This document shows positions 40,202 through 50,136 of a stretch of 64,000 nt of DNA, in pieces. Positions within the stretch are counted from its first letter, which is position 1; each line of letters opens with the position of its first letter. A program made the translations under genes and the position numbers. The notes below the pieces were generated by a model that was given only the letters and a program-made list of their open reading frames with translations, did no database searches and was not told the origin of the DNA. This DNA comes from Candidatus Aminicenantales bacterium. Its GTDB lineage: Bacteria > Acidobacteriota > Aminicenantia > Aminicenantales > Saccharicenantaceae. The stretch spans positions 34,786 to 98,785 of the forward strand of contig JBEKBS010000012.1 of the NCBI GenBank assembly GCA_050015275.1, in the 5' to 3' direction.

Positions 40202-41368
40202 ATGGATAGCGTCATTCTCAAACCGGGGAAGGACAAGGCCGTCCGGAACCGGCACCATTGGATCTTCTCCGGCGCGGTCCGGTCGATGCCGGATTTCGAC
40301 AATGGGAGCATCCTCCCGGTCAGGAGCGCCGACGGTGACCTCCTCGGCCACGCCTATTTCAACCGGGACTCGTCGATCACCGGGCGGATGGTCAGCTTCG
40401 GAAAATCGGCCCCCGAGGACGCCATCCGGCAGAGCCTCGAGCAGGCCGTCCGCCTCCGCCGCAGGTTCTTCGACCCGGCCGTGACCAACGCCTTCCGCCT
40501 GATCAACGCCGAGGGCGATCTCGTGCCCGGGTTGGTCGCCGACCTCTACGGGGACGTCCTCGTCCTCCAGGTCGCGACGCTCGGTATGGAAAAGCTCAAG
40601 GCCTTCGTCCTCGATATCCTCGTCTCCTCCCTCAAGCCCCGGAGCGTCTGCGAGAGGTCGGACCTCCCGGCGCGGCGGGAAGAGGGTTTGAATGATCTCG
40701 AAGGGACGATTTTCGGCGAGTCCGTGGAGAGGGTCCGGATCCTCGAGGAGGGCCTCCCGTTCGAAATCAGCCTGGTCCGGTCCCAGAAAACGGGGTTCTA
40801 CCTCGATCAGCGGGAGATGCGGAAGCTCGTCAGGGCCTTCGCCCGCGGCCGCCACATCCTCAACGCCTTCGCCTACACCGGGGCTTTTTCGGTCTACGCC
40901 CTCAAGGGAGGGGCGGTCCGGGCCGACTCCGTGGACTCTTCCGAAGGCGCCCTGGCCCTGGCCCAGGAGAATTTCGAGCTTAACGCCCTGCCGGCGGATT
41001 CCGGCGTCTTCTTCACAGCCGACGTCTTCGAGTTTTTGCGGGAGCCCGGACTCGCCTACGACTTCATCATCCTCGACCCACCCGCCTTCGCCAAGAAGAA
41101 AACGGACGTCGTCCAGGCCTGCCGCGGCTACAAGGACATCAACCGTCTGGCCATCCAGAAGGTCAAGGCGCAGGGCCTGGTCCTGACCTTTTCCTGCTCC
41201 CATTTCGTGGACGAGAAGCTCTTCCAACAGGTCGTTTTCCAGGCCGCGCAGGAAGCCGGCCGGCGGGTCAAGATCCTCCAACGCCACCGCCAGGCCGTCG
41301 ATCATCCCGTCAATATCTTCCACCCGGAAACCGAGTACCTCAAAGGCCTCCTGCTCTACGTCGACTGA
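40202..41368 (+). CDS. rlmI: 23S rRNA (cytosine-C5) methyltransferase RlmI-like (PUA + class I SAM MTase)
   Basis: MDSVILKPGKDKAVRNRHHWIFSGAV aligns to the RlmI N-terminus. AAGGAG lies 5 nt upstream of ATG 40202, and the alternative ATG at 40175 forms an ATGA overlap with the NUDIX stop. The motif IILDPPAFAK is present. Confidence 0.8.
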   Translation: MDSVILKPGKDKAVRNRHHWIFSGAVRSMPDFDNGSILPVRSADGDLLGHAYFNRDSSITGRMVSFGKSAPEDAIRQSLEQAVRLRRRFFDPAVTNAFRLINAEGDLVPGLVADLYGDVLVLQVATLGMEKLKAFVLDILVSSLKPRSVCERSDLPARREEGLNDLEGTIFGESVERVRILEEGLPFEISLVRSQKTGFYLDQREMRKLVRAFARGRHILNAFAYTGAFSVYALKGGAVRADSVDSSEGALALAQENFELNALPADSGVFFTADVFEFLREPGLAYDFIILDPPAFAKKKTDVVQACRGYKDINRLAIQKVKAQGLVLTFSCSHFVDEKLFQQVVFQAAQEAGRRVKILQRHRQAVDHPVNIFHPETEYLKGLLLYVD

Positions 41369-41470
41369 GCGCAAGGTGCCGAGGATAGCCTTTTGGAAGC
41401 GATTATTAATTGAGATGCGGACGCAGGGGGGATGTCCCGGAGATAACGCTAAGCACGACGCGGGCACGGT

Positions 41471-41539
41471 CCCTCGTCCCTTGGACGAGGGGTGCGGAAC
41501 GATCACAGCGTGGGATTCCTCGCTGGGGAATCCCACGCT
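41471..41539. terminator. two strong hairpins in the convergent rlmI / hydrolase spacer (possible bidirectional terminator)
   Basis: CCCTCGTCC-CTT-GGACGAGGG at 41471-41491. A 13-bp stem AGCGTGGGATTCC / GGAATCCCACGCT at 41507-41539 has a 7-nt loop. There is only a weak T-tract (TTTCG). Confidence 0.35.
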
Positions 41540-41582
41540 TTCGAAGGGACCTCCCCGAGTCCGCGACCTGGAGATAAGGTGC

Positions 41583-42947
41583 TTAGTGCTTGAGGATCCA
41601 GGCCGCGATGTCCCCGATGACGTAGGGCGCGACACTGCCGTGGACCTGAATGTATTCATTCGGCGTCGGCAGGCCCTGGCCCTCGAAGAAGAGGTGGTTG
41701 AGCTTGGGGTAGAGGTGGAGCTCGACATCCTCACGCGAACCCAGGGCGGTCTTCCAGTTCTCGAAATCCTCGGTTGTCACCTGGTAATCGCGGCTGCCTT
41801 GCAGGACGAGCATGGGCTTGGCCACCGACTTGGCCAGTTCGGGAGGATTGTAGCCGCGGAGGTCAAGCCAGTAGGCCGGCATGACCCCCAGGATCTTGAC
41901 GGTCGAACCCTTGTCGGCGGGGACAAGGGCCTTGAGCCTGCCGACATCCGCCCTGAGGCCTTCGAGCCTTTTCCTGGTCTCCTCTGAGGTATCACCCCCG
42001 GACAGATACAGCATCTGGCGGAGGATCGTGTCGTCGAGAGGCCGGGTCAGGCCGGCCAGGCTGATGAATCCCGCAAGGCCCAGAGGTTTTGCGGCGAGGG
42101 CGATCCTGGGCATGAGGAAACCGCCCAGGCTATGACCTAAAATGAAGACCTTCGCCTTGTCGATCTTTACCGTCGCTTGGAGCAGGGCCGCAGCGGCCAA
42201 GGCGTCGTCGATCGTCTCCTCCTTGACCGTCAGCCCCGCCTCGAACTTCGGGTCGGCGACGATCCTGGCCCCGTAAACCTTGGTGCGCTTGTCGTAGCGG
42301 AGGACGGCGATGCCGCGCGTGGCGAGGCCCCAGGCCAGGTCCTTGAAGGGCTTGTTCGGGCCGAGCGACTCGTCCCTGTCGTTGGGACCCGACCCGTGGA
42401 CAAGGACCAGCCCGGGGAACGGGCCGTCCCCCTTGGGCATGGTGAGCGTGCCCGGAAGCTGCCATTCGCCGGAGCCGACAGTGACGTCTTTTTCATCGAA
42501 TCTGGCCGCGTCGGCATAGGCCGGCGGCTCGTACTTGGCGGGGGGGAGGGACGGCACGAACTGGAACCCCGCGATCTTGCCGGCCTTGTCGAAAACGACC
42601 CTGGCGTCCAGGGTCGCCTTTTCGAACTCGCAGGTGACGAGCACGATCTCGTAGCCCCCGAGCTTGTCGCGCCGGGCTCCCGTCCGTTTCCGGAACGCGC
42701 CCACCTGCTTCGGGAATTGCTCTTTCCAGAACACTGCCAGCTTCTCAGGACCCGAGACCTTGAGCATGGTCTCATCAAAATCTCGGACGGCCAGGTTGAA
42801 ATCGCCCTTTTCGAGAGCCGCCAGGAATTCGCGGGCCTTGACGCTCAGCTCGTCTTCCGCTTGGACGGGAGGTCGGGCCTTGAGGAAGGGAGTCCCCATC
42901 GCCAAGAACCACAATCCCAAGATGGTCAGGAACCAGTTTTTTACCAT
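41583..42947 (-). CDS. secreted alpha/beta hydrolase with N-terminal DUF3887-like domain
   Basis: Signal peptide, nucleophile elbow ILGHSLGG, and a C-terminal His region (LNHLFF). Confidence 0.7.
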   Translation of the reverse strand: MVKNWFLTILGLWFLAMGTPFLKARPPVQAEDELSVKAREFLAALEKGDFNLAVRDFDETMLKVSGPEKLAVFWKEQFPKQVGAFRKRTGARRDKLGGYEIVLVTCEFEKATLDARVVFDKAGKIAGFQFVPSLPPAKYEPPAYADAARFDEKDVTVGSGEWQLPGTLTMPKGDGPFPGLVLVHGSGPNDRDESLGPNKPFKDLAWGLATRGIAVLRYDKRTKVYGARIVADPKFEAGLTVKEETIDDALAAAALLQATVKIDKAKVFILGHSLGGFLMPRIALAAKPLGLAGFISLAGLTRPLDDTILRQMLYLSGGDTSEETRKRLEGLRADVGRLKALVPADKGSTVKILGVMPAYWLDLRGYNPPELAKSVAKPMLVLQGSRDYQVTTEDFENWKTALGSREDVELHLYPKLNHLFFEGQGLPTPNEYIQVHGSVAPYVIGDIAAWILKH

Positions 42948-43099
42948 GATATGACCTCACACGCGGCCTTCGGACATGCGCCGCCGGCCAGTATAATCCA
43001 ATCCCCGCCGGGAGACAATTGCGCGGCCCCCTGGAAATACATATAATCGTTCTCTTCGAGGTCGGCCCGCGGCCGGCCACTCCGTGGAAGGAGGCTGTC

Positions 43100-43549
43100 A
43101 TGGACTTCGAGGACGAGCTCCGGCGGCACCTCAGAACCGTTTCTTTGATCAGCGTTTCTATCGGCGCGAGCCTCCTCCTTGACTTCGGCCTCGAGGAGTT
43201 CATCAGGGCCCGTTTCAAGCCCTTCTACGGGTTTGCCGGGATCGCCCACCTTCAGCCGCTCCGCTACGGCTTTTTCGGCCTGGCCGCCGCGGCCCTGGCC
43301 CTCATCCTGGTGCTCCGCCATGCCCTCCTGAAAAGGCCCCGCGGGGACGACAGGAAAACCGCCCTCCACAGGCTCGAGCGGGCCACCGTCTTGACCCTCG
43401 TCCTGGCGCAGGTCCCGGCCCTCCTCGGCCTTGTCCTCTTCCTCCTTGGCGGGCTCAATACCGATTTTTACATCCTCCTTTCCGCGTCCATTCTCCTGGT
43501 CATCATGTTCTTTCCGCGCCGCTCGGGCTGGGAAGAGTGGCTGTCTTGA
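43100..43549 (+). CDS. small hypothetical membrane protein (about 4 TM)
   Basis: ATG 43100 follows GGAAGGAGG. It has hydrophobic helices and no family I recognise. Confidence 0.5.
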   Translation: MDFEDELRRHLRTVSLISVSIGASLLLDFGLEEFIRARFKPFYGFAGIAHLQPLRYGFFGLAAAALALILVLRHALLKRPRGDDRKTALHRLERATVLTLVLAQVPALLGLVLFLLGGLNTDFYILLSASILLVIMFFPRRSGWEEWLS

Positions 43550-43568
43550 CCCCTGTCGGAGGTGGTTC

Positions 43569-45713
43569 ATGAGGAACCGTCTCGGAATCCTATTCCTTTG
43601 CGCGGCCTGGGGCCTTTTTCCCCGTCCCGTCGCGGCGGCGGCCCGGGCGCCCGCGGATCCCGTCCCGAACGCGCCCGTGCTGCGCTACGAGATCTGGGTC
43701 GATCTCGAGGACGCGACGAAAACGCTCCGGGGCAAAGAGGATATCGTCTGGACCAATCGCACCCGGGACGCCGTGCCCGACATGCTCTTTCATCTCTACT
43801 GGAACGCCTTCAAGAACTCAACGAGCACGTTCCTCGGCGAGGCCGCCGAGGAGACCTTCGTCGCCAGCGGGACCGAGCCGGAAGACGGCGATTGGGGCTG
43901 GGTCGACATCACGGACATCCGGCTGGCGGACGGCCGGGACCTCGCTCCGACGAAGGAGTTCGTCAGGCGCGATAAGCCGGTCCACGAGGGAGACGAGACC
44001 GTCCTGAGGGTCCGCTTCGCGGAACCCGTCAAGCCCGGGGACAACGTCCGGCTCCGCCTGGAATTCCGGAGCAAGATCCCACGGACCGTGGCCCGCTCCG
44101 GCTACTATCGAAATTCCTATTTCATCGGACAGTGGTTCCCCAAGCCCGGCGTCTACGAAGAAGGGAGGGGCTGGAATTGCCACGAGTACCACCAGAGCTC
44201 CGAATTCTTCTCCGATTTCGCCGACTTTGTCGTCCACATCACCGTCCCTGAGAATTTCGTCGTCGGGGCGTCGGGCCGGGAGACGGGCCTCGAACCCGGA
44301 CCCGCGCCGGGCCGGGTCACCCACACGTTCCGCCAGACGATGATCCACGATTTCGCCTGGACGGCCGACCCGCGCTATCTCAAGGTCGAGCGGGCCTTCG
44401 TCGCCTCGAAGGAAGTGACCCCCCGTGAATACGAGGAGACGGCCGCCCTCCTCGGCCTCTCGGTTGAAGAGGTGAGGCTCCCCGACATCAAGATGATCCT
44501 CCTCATCGCTCCGGAACACAGGGGCCAGGTTGACAGGCATTTCAAGGCCCTCGCCGCGGCCATAAAATATTATGGACTCTGGTACGGGCCTTATCCATAC
44601 GAAACGGTCACGATGGTCGACCCTCCTTTCCGGACCGGGAGCGGCGGCATGGAATACCCCACGCTCTTCACCGCCGGCACCGGGGTCCTGCCCAGCGCCG
44701 ACGTCCTGTCACTCGAAGGCGTCATCGTCCACGAGTTCGGCCACGGCTACTGGTACGGGATGGTCGCCAACAACGAGTTCGAGGAGGCCTGGCTCGACGA
44801 AGGCATCAACACCTATTCGACCGGTCGCGTCCTCGCCCACGCCTACGGGCCGGGAGCCATCTCCCTCCACGTCCTGGGGATCCCCCTGGCCTCGATTTTC
44901 AGGATGCCGAAGGTTCTCGATGAAGACACCGACCGGGCGGCCGCTATCAACACCGTCCGGTACGACCCCGTCCTCACTTTCTCCTGGCGCTTCTATAACC
45001 GCGGGAGCTACGGGGCGAACGTATACATGCGGGCGTCGACCTGCCTCAACACGCTCGAACGCTTCCTCGGCGAGCCCACGATGGCCCGGGTCATGCGGAC
45101 CTTCCAGGGACGCTACCGGTTCAAGCACCCGAAGACGGACGATTTCGTCAGGGTTGTCAACCAAGTATCCGGCCGGGACATGACCTGGTTCTTCGACGAG
45201 CTGATGGGAAACACGCTGAACTTCGACTACGGCATCGCCTCGGTTGTTTCCCGGGAAGCGCCCAAAAATCCCAGGGGCGTCTTTGACGTCGGCGGGAAAA
45301 AGGAGGAGATGACGTCGGCGAGGATCCGCGAACTCAGTTCCAAGGCAAAAGACGAGACCCGGGGCGGGGCGGCGGCGGAGAAAAAGGAATTCCTGACGAC
45401 GGTGACCCTCCGGCGCTTCGGCGAGGCCCGGGTGAGTGGAGATGCCCGGATCAAACTCGTCGTGGCCTTCGAGGACGGAACCAGGGAAACCGCCTACTGG
45501 GACGGACAGGACCGCTGGGCCCGGCTGGTCTTCGTGAAGCCCTCTCGAGCGGTCCGGGCCGAGGTCGACCCCGACGGCGTTTGGCTCGTCGACTCGAATT
45601 TCGCCAACAACTCCGTCCTCGTCCAGCCGGTCCGGCGAGGCCTGATCAAGCTCCTCTCGCGGCTCCTCTGGGCGGTCCAGAATATCCTGCAATTGGCAAG
45701 CTCGTTCAGCTGA
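43569..45713 (+). CDS. M1 family metallopeptidase (aminopeptidase N-like), secreted
   Basis: ATG 43569 with a signal peptide (LGILFLCAAWGLF..AAA). Zinc motif HEFGHGYW followed by WLDEG (HExxH-X18-E). Confidence 0.8.
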   Translation: MRNRLGILFLCAAWGLFPRPVAAAARAPADPVPNAPVLRYEIWVDLEDATKTLRGKEDIVWTNRTRDAVPDMLFHLYWNAFKNSTSTFLGEAAEETFVASGTEPEDGDWGWVDITDIRLADGRDLAPTKEFVRRDKPVHEGDETVLRVRFAEPVKPGDNVRLRLEFRSKIPRTVARSGYYRNSYFIGQWFPKPGVYEEGRGWNCHEYHQSSEFFSDFADFVVHITVPENFVVGASGRETGLEPGPAPGRVTHTFRQTMIHDFAWTADPRYLKVERAFVASKEVTPREYEETAALLGLSVEEVRLPDIKMILLIAPEHRGQVDRHFKALAAAIKYYGLWYGPYPYETVTMVDPPFRTGSGGMEYPTLFTAGTGVLPSADVLSLEGVIVHEFGHGYWYGMVANNEFEEAWLDEGINTYSTGRVLAHAYGPGAISLHVLGIPLASIFRMPKVLDEDTDRAAAINTVRYDPVLTFSWRFYNRGSYGANVYMRASTCLNTLERFLGEPTMARVMRTFQGRYRFKHPKTDDFVRVVNQVSGRDMTWFFDELMGNTLNFDYGIASVVSREAPKNPRGVFDVGGKKEEMTSARIRELSSKAKDETRGGAAAEKKEFLTTVTLRRFGEARVSGDARIKLVVAFEDGTRETAYWDGQDRWARLVFVKPSRAVRAEVDPDGVWLVDSNFANNSVLVQPVRRGLIKLLSRLLWAVQNILQLASSFS

Positions 45714-45730
45714 GGAAGGGGGAGCGGGTC

Positions 45731-46597
45731 ATGGCAGCCTTCAAAGCGATCGGAAACGGGGCCGGAGCGGCGACCCGCCGCCCCAGGCTCCTCATCGACT
45801 TGTGGGTCATCAACATCGTCTACTCCCTCTTCATCGCGGCGCCCCTCTACGCGCTCTTCAAGGCGGACCTCGGCCATTCCCTGCTCGGGCGCAACCTCCA
45901 GCCCCTGGACTTCATATGGCTGGGAGACTTCATCTACAAGTACCAGGACATGGCCCCGGCCGCCCTGGCCATGATCCTGGTTTCCCTGCTCATCTACACG
46001 GTCCTCTATGTCTTCCTCAATGGCGGGATCATCGGCCGCCTTCTCGACAGGGAAGGGCCGACGACCCCTCAGGCGTTTTTCGCGGATTGCGGACGGTACT
46101 TCTGGCGGTTCGCCAGGCTTTTCCTTGTCTCCCTGCTTTTCTACGCCCTGGCCTTCGGGATCATCCTGGAAGCCCTTTCGGTCCTCTTCAACCCCGTCCT
46201 GGAAAACGCCAGGACGGAATGGACGGTTTTCTGGATATCCGACCTCAGGACCGTCATCGCTTTGCTCCTTCTCAGCCTCGTCCACATGGTTTTCGATTAC
46301 GCGAGGATCCTCGTGGTGGCCGGGGACGAGAGGAGAATCCTCCGGGCGCTGAGGGCGGCCTTCGCCTTCCTCGGAACGCGGTTTTTCCGGGCCTGGTCCC
46401 TTTACCTCCTTATCGGGGCGGGCTTCCTAGGCGGAATGGCCGTCTATTTCCTCATCGGGGCGCATCTTCCGGACTCAGGCCTTTTCTGGCTCGGGGTCGG
46501 TATCCTCTGGGGACAGACGTTCATCGTCTTCCGCCTGTGGACGAAGATGATCTATTTCGCGGCCCAGGCCGAATTTTATCGGATGAGCCATTATTGA
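45731..46597 (+). CDS. hypothetical polytopic membrane protein
   Basis: ATG 45731. 288 aa with multiple TM helices and no recognised motif. Confidence 0.5.
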   Translation: MAAFKAIGNGAGAATRRPRLLIDLWVINIVYSLFIAAPLYALFKADLGHSLLGRNLQPLDFIWLGDFIYKYQDMAPAALAMILVSLLIYTVLYVFLNGGIIGRLLDREGPTTPQAFFADCGRYFWRFARLFLVSLLFYALAFGIILEALSVLFNPVLENARTEWTVFWISDLRTVIALLLLSLVHMVFDYARILVVAGDERRILRALRAAFAFLGTRFFRAWSLYLLIGAGFLGGMAVYFLIGAHLPDSGLFWLGVGILWGQTFIVFRLWTKMIYFAAQAEFYRMSHY

Positions 46598-46602
46598 CGG
46601 CC

Positions 46603-48003
46603 ATGAAGATCACTTTCTTGGGAGCGGCGCGCCAAGTAACAGGGTCCTGCTACTTCCTTGAAGCCGGCGGCCTGAAGATCCTTATCGACTGCGGCCTCTA
46701 CCAGGAGCGGCCGTTCCTCGAAAGGAACTGGGACCCGCTCCCCGTGCCGCCGGAAGAGATCGACCTGCTGCTGCTGACCCACGCCCATCTGGACCATTCG
46801 GGTCTCATCCCGAAGATCGTCCGCGAGGGCTTTTCGGGGACGATCCTGACCACGGAGGCCACCGCCGATCTCTTGTCCATCGCCCTCATGGATTCGGCCC
46901 GTATCCAGGAGGAAGATGCGGCTTTCAAAGCGAAGCGCCACAAAAAGGAAGGGCGGCAGGGATCCCATCCCGAGGTCCCGCTCTACTCCGTCGAGGATGT
47001 CCAGCGGACCATGCCCCTCGTCGAGGAGATCCCCTACGAGACCGACATCCCCCTCTCCGAGGTCCTCACCGCCCGGTTCAGGGACGCGGGCCACATCCTC
47101 GGTTCGGCCATGATCGAATTGACCTGCCGGGAGGACGGCGGGTCGAAGAGGGTCGTTTTCTCGGGTGACATCGGCCAGTGGGGCAAGCCGTTCGTCCGCG
47201 ACCCGTCCGTCTTTGAGCGGGCCGACCACGTGGTGATGGAATCCACGTATGCGGACCGCGACCACGAGGACCCCAAGGCCGTGGACGAGATCCTCAGCGA
47301 GACGATCGTGGAGACGGCCAAGGCCGGCGGGAATATCGTCATCCCTACCTTCGCCATCGAACGGGCCCAGGAGCTCATGTTCTATCTCAGCCGTCTCGTT
47401 CGGGCCAAGGCCATCCCCGCTCTTCCCGTCTTCCTGGACAGCCCCATGGCCCGTGAGGTCACCGAGGCGTTTCGCCGTCATCAGGGCGACCTCGACGACG
47501 ACGTGCAGGCGCTTTTCAAGGCCGGGACGAGCCCCTTCGATTTCCCCGGCCTCGTGATCGTCCGGACTGTAGAGGAATCCAAAGCCATCAACTCTATCCG
47601 GGGGTCGGCCGTCATCATGGCGGGCTCGGGGATGTGCACCGGAGGCCGGATCAAGCACCATCTCCTCTGGAATATCGCCCGGCCCGAGTCGACCATCCTT
47701 ATCGTGGGTTACCAGGCCAAGGAAACGCTCGGCCGGCAGATCCTCGAAAGGCAGCCCCAGGTCCGGATCTTCGGCCAGACACTCCCGGTGCGGGCCAAGG
47801 TGGCCAAGATCAACGGCCTTTCCGCACACGCCGACCGGAAGGCCCTGGACCGTTGGCTCGATGCGTTCCAGGCTCCGCCTCGCCGTTTGTTCGTTGTCCA
47901 TGGCGATGCGGACGTGGCCCTACGCTTCGCCGAAAGGATCCACCAAGAGCGGGGCTGGACAGCGGAGGCCCCGGAATACCTCGGCTCCCGCGTCCTCGAT
48001 TAA
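46603..48003 (+). CDS. beta-CASP family metallo-beta-lactamase-fold nuclease (RNA-metabolising MBL)
   Basis: ATG 46603 (MKITFLGAARQVTGSCY), the HxHxDH motif THAHLDHSG, and the C-terminal GLSAHAD and VHGD motifs of beta-CASP proteins. Confidence 0.8.
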   Translation: MKITFLGAARQVTGSCYFLEAGGLKILIDCGLYQERPFLERNWDPLPVPPEEIDLLLLTHAHLDHSGLIPKIVREGFSGTILTTEATADLLSIALMDSARIQEEDAAFKAKRHKKEGRQGSHPEVPLYSVEDVQRTMPLVEEIPYETDIPLSEVLTARFRDAGHILGSAMIELTCREDGGSKRVVFSGDIGQWGKPFVRDPSVFERADHVVMESTYADRDHEDPKAVDEILSETIVETAKAGGNIVIPTFAIERAQELMFYLSRLVRAKAIPALPVFLDSPMAREVTEAFRRHQGDLDDDVQALFKAGTSPFDFPGLVIVRTVEESKAINSIRGSAVIMAGSGMCTGGRIKHHLLWNIARPESTILIVGYQAKETLGRQILERQPQVRIFGQTLPVRAKVAKINGLSAHADRKALDRWLDAFQAPPRRLFVVHGDADVALRFAERIHQERGWTAEAPEYLGSRVLD

Positions 48004-49469
48004 AAGCCGGTCTTCGGCAGAGCTCCAAGCCCCTGGGAGCGCGCGTAGCCGGTCATGATCTTTTCCAGATCTTTCCGTAAACCGTCAGGAAGCGGCGGAA
48101 GGGCATATTTGCCGATCCTGTCCTCAACGTCCTTGTGGGCCTTGTCGAGGGCGGTTCTGCGGCCGGCCATGACCCAGGCCTCGTACGGGTCCCGGTCCAT
48201 GATCACCGGCATCGTGTGCTCTTTTCTGTACCACTGGCGCGTATGGGGATGGGACAGGAACTGAAAATCGGCCTTGAAGCCCTCGAACTTGTCCAGGGCG
48301 ATCGGGTCCTCTCTCTGGGCGATGCCGGCGACCAGCCGGTATGCCATCCCGCAGATCTCGTTGTCGATGACGAGCTTTTCGAGGCTCTGCGAACTTTCGA
48401 AGTCCAGCATCCCCGGCCCCGAGATGACGTTGACGCCGGCGAGGGCCGCCAGAACGGCGCCCAGGGCCGTCTCGATGCCGCTCTGGGCGTCGTTGACCTT
48501 GGAGTCGCTGAGCGCCATGTAGGCATGCGTCGGGAGCTTCAGATGTTTCCCGATCTGGGCGTAGGCCGAGTCGATCATCATGGTCTCGATGGCCCCCATC
48601 GGCGTCGTCCCCTTCCTCATGTCAAAGCTCGAGGGCGAGCCGCCGAAGATGACCGGGGCGCCCCGGCGGGCCAGCTGGCAGATGACGAGGCCGCACAGGT
48701 TCTCGGCCACGTGCTGGACCAGGGTCCCTGAGATGGTGGCGAGGGATGTCGCGCCCGTCATGCCCATCGAGATGAGTTCCGAGGGGATGCCGGCCCGGGC
48801 CGAGTCGATCAGGCTCTGGGTCGTCAGGTGACTCCATTTGAGGGGAGGGGAGGGGCAGGCGTCGAAGATGGCCAGGGGTTTGCGCGAGAGCTCCGCCTCG
48901 CCGCCCCGGACGGCGACGAGGAAGTCCTTCATGGGCTTGAAGCTCTCGACCCGGAACGTCCCCGTGACGACGGGCTTGGACGAGAGGAGGAGTCCCAGGT
49001 ACAGCCGGTAACAGTCGGCGATCGCAGCCGGGACGTCCGAGGAGATCAGGCCCGTGCTCTGGAAATGGATGTGCTCGAGCGTCTCGACGAGCCGGCAGAA
49101 CGCGACGACGTCCCGCGTCGCGGCCTTTCGCTCTTCCTGGGTCTCGTGGTCGAGGAGGGAGACCGCCGCCGAGCCCGGGTCGAAGTGGATCTCGTCGCCT
49201 CCGACGAGGTAAGACTTTTCGCCGCTCCGGTCGTACATCGTGACGGACGGCGGGGTCGACGACAGGCAGTCCAGGACGAGTTTTCTGCCAAGCCGGGCCC
49301 TCTGCGTGGCCGTGTCGACACCGGCGCCGGCCGCGGCCAGGAGCCCCAGGGCCTCCTGGTTCTCGACAAAGACCCCCTGCTTCTCGAGGAGCACGAGGCC
49401 CTCATCGACGATTTTTTCGACCAATCCGGGGCTCAGAAGCTCGATCTTCGGTCTTTTGGTCTCGATCAT
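48000..49469 (-). CDS. MttB-superfamily (trimethylamine methyltransferase family) methyltransferase, non-pyrrolysine type
   Basis: ATG 49469 follows GGGAGG. 489 aa uninterrupted, with no in-frame TAG. LVEKIVDEGLVLLEKQGV...EALGLL and the TIM-barrel-length body resemble MttB/MtgB proteins. Confidence 0.75.
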   Translation of the reverse strand: MIETKRPKIELLSPGLVEKIVDEGLVLLEKQGVFVENQEALGLLAAAGAGVDTATQRARLGRKLVLDCLSSTPPSVTMYDRSGEKSYLVGGDEIHFDPGSAAVSLLDHETQEERKAATRDVVAFCRLVETLEHIHFQSTGLISSDVPAAIADCYRLYLGLLLSSKPVVTGTFRVESFKPMKDFLVAVRGGEAELSRKPLAIFDACPSPPLKWSHLTTQSLIDSARAGIPSELISMGMTGATSLATISGTLVQHVAENLCGLVICQLARRGAPVIFGGSPSSFDMRKGTTPMGAIETMMIDSAYAQIGKHLKLPTHAYMALSDSKVNDAQSGIETALGAVLAALAGVNVISGPGMLDFESSQSLEKLVIDNEICGMAYRLVAGIAQREDPIALDKFEGFKADFQFLSHPHTRQWYRKEHTMPVIMDRDPYEAWVMAGRRTALDKAHKDVEDRIGKYALPPLPDGLRKDLEKIMTGYARSQGLGALPKTGF

Positions 49470-49482
49470 GGTCCGCCTCCCG

Positions 49483-50136
49483 TCATCTCTTCGGGGCCAG
49501 GCTCTTGGCCAGCTTGACGGCGGCCACTGCGTTCTCGGCATAGCCATCGGCACCCGCCTCGTCGGCCCACTTCTGGCTGGCCGGCGCCCCTCCCACGAGG
49601 ACCTTGTATCTATTCCTGAGGTTCCTCTCCTTGAGGAGCCCGACCAACCGTTTCTGGTTGACCATCGTCGTCGTCAGCAGGGCGGACAGGCAGATGAAAT
49701 CCGCGCCGACGGCCTCGGCCTTTTCGATGAACCTCTCGAGCTTGACGTCGGCGCCGAGGTCGAAGACCTCGAAGCCGCCGGCCTGGAGCATGGAGGACAC
49801 GAGGTTCTTGCCGATGTCGTGGATGTCTCCCTCGATCGTGCCGATGACCACCTTTCCGCCCGTCCTGGCCTGGAGACGGGAGCGCTGGAGCTCGGGCTCG
49901 AGGACGGCCATGGCCGCCTTCATGGCCTCGGCGCTGGAGATGAGCTCGGGCAGGAAATATTCTCCCTGCTCCCACAGTTCTCCGACCCTCTGGATACCCG
50001 GAACATAGCCTTTTTCAATGACTTCGAGAAGGTCCAGGCCCGCCTTGACGGCCTCCCCGGCCAGCCGTCCGGCCCCCGCGCCGTCGCCCTCGACGATCGC
50101 CTCCCGCATCTGCAGGTAGTGCTCTTCCTTGTTCAT
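49483..50136 (-). CDS. cobalamin-binding corrinoid protein (B12-binding_2 cap + Rossmann B12 domain)
   Basis: 217 aa with the DxHxxG lower-ligand motif (GDIHDIGKNLV) and SALLTT / GGAP motifs of B12-binding domains. Confidence 0.85.
   Translation of the reverse strand: MNKEEHYLQMREAIVEGDGAGAGRLAGEAVKAGLDLLEVIEKGYVPGIQRVGELWEQGEYFLPELISSAEAMKAAMAVLEPELQRSRLQARTGGKVVIGTIEGDIHDIGKNLVSSMLQAGGFEVFDLGADVKLERFIEKAEAVGADFICLSALLTTTMVNQKRLVGLLKERNLRNRYKVLVGGAPASQKWADEAGADGYAENAVAAVKLAKSLAPKR

Noticed and set aside
48000-49469. Pyrrolysine (in-frame TAG) in the MttB homologue.
   Set aside because: The ORF is continuous over 489 codons with no internal stop, and no pyl genes are in the window. It is a non-Pyl family member.
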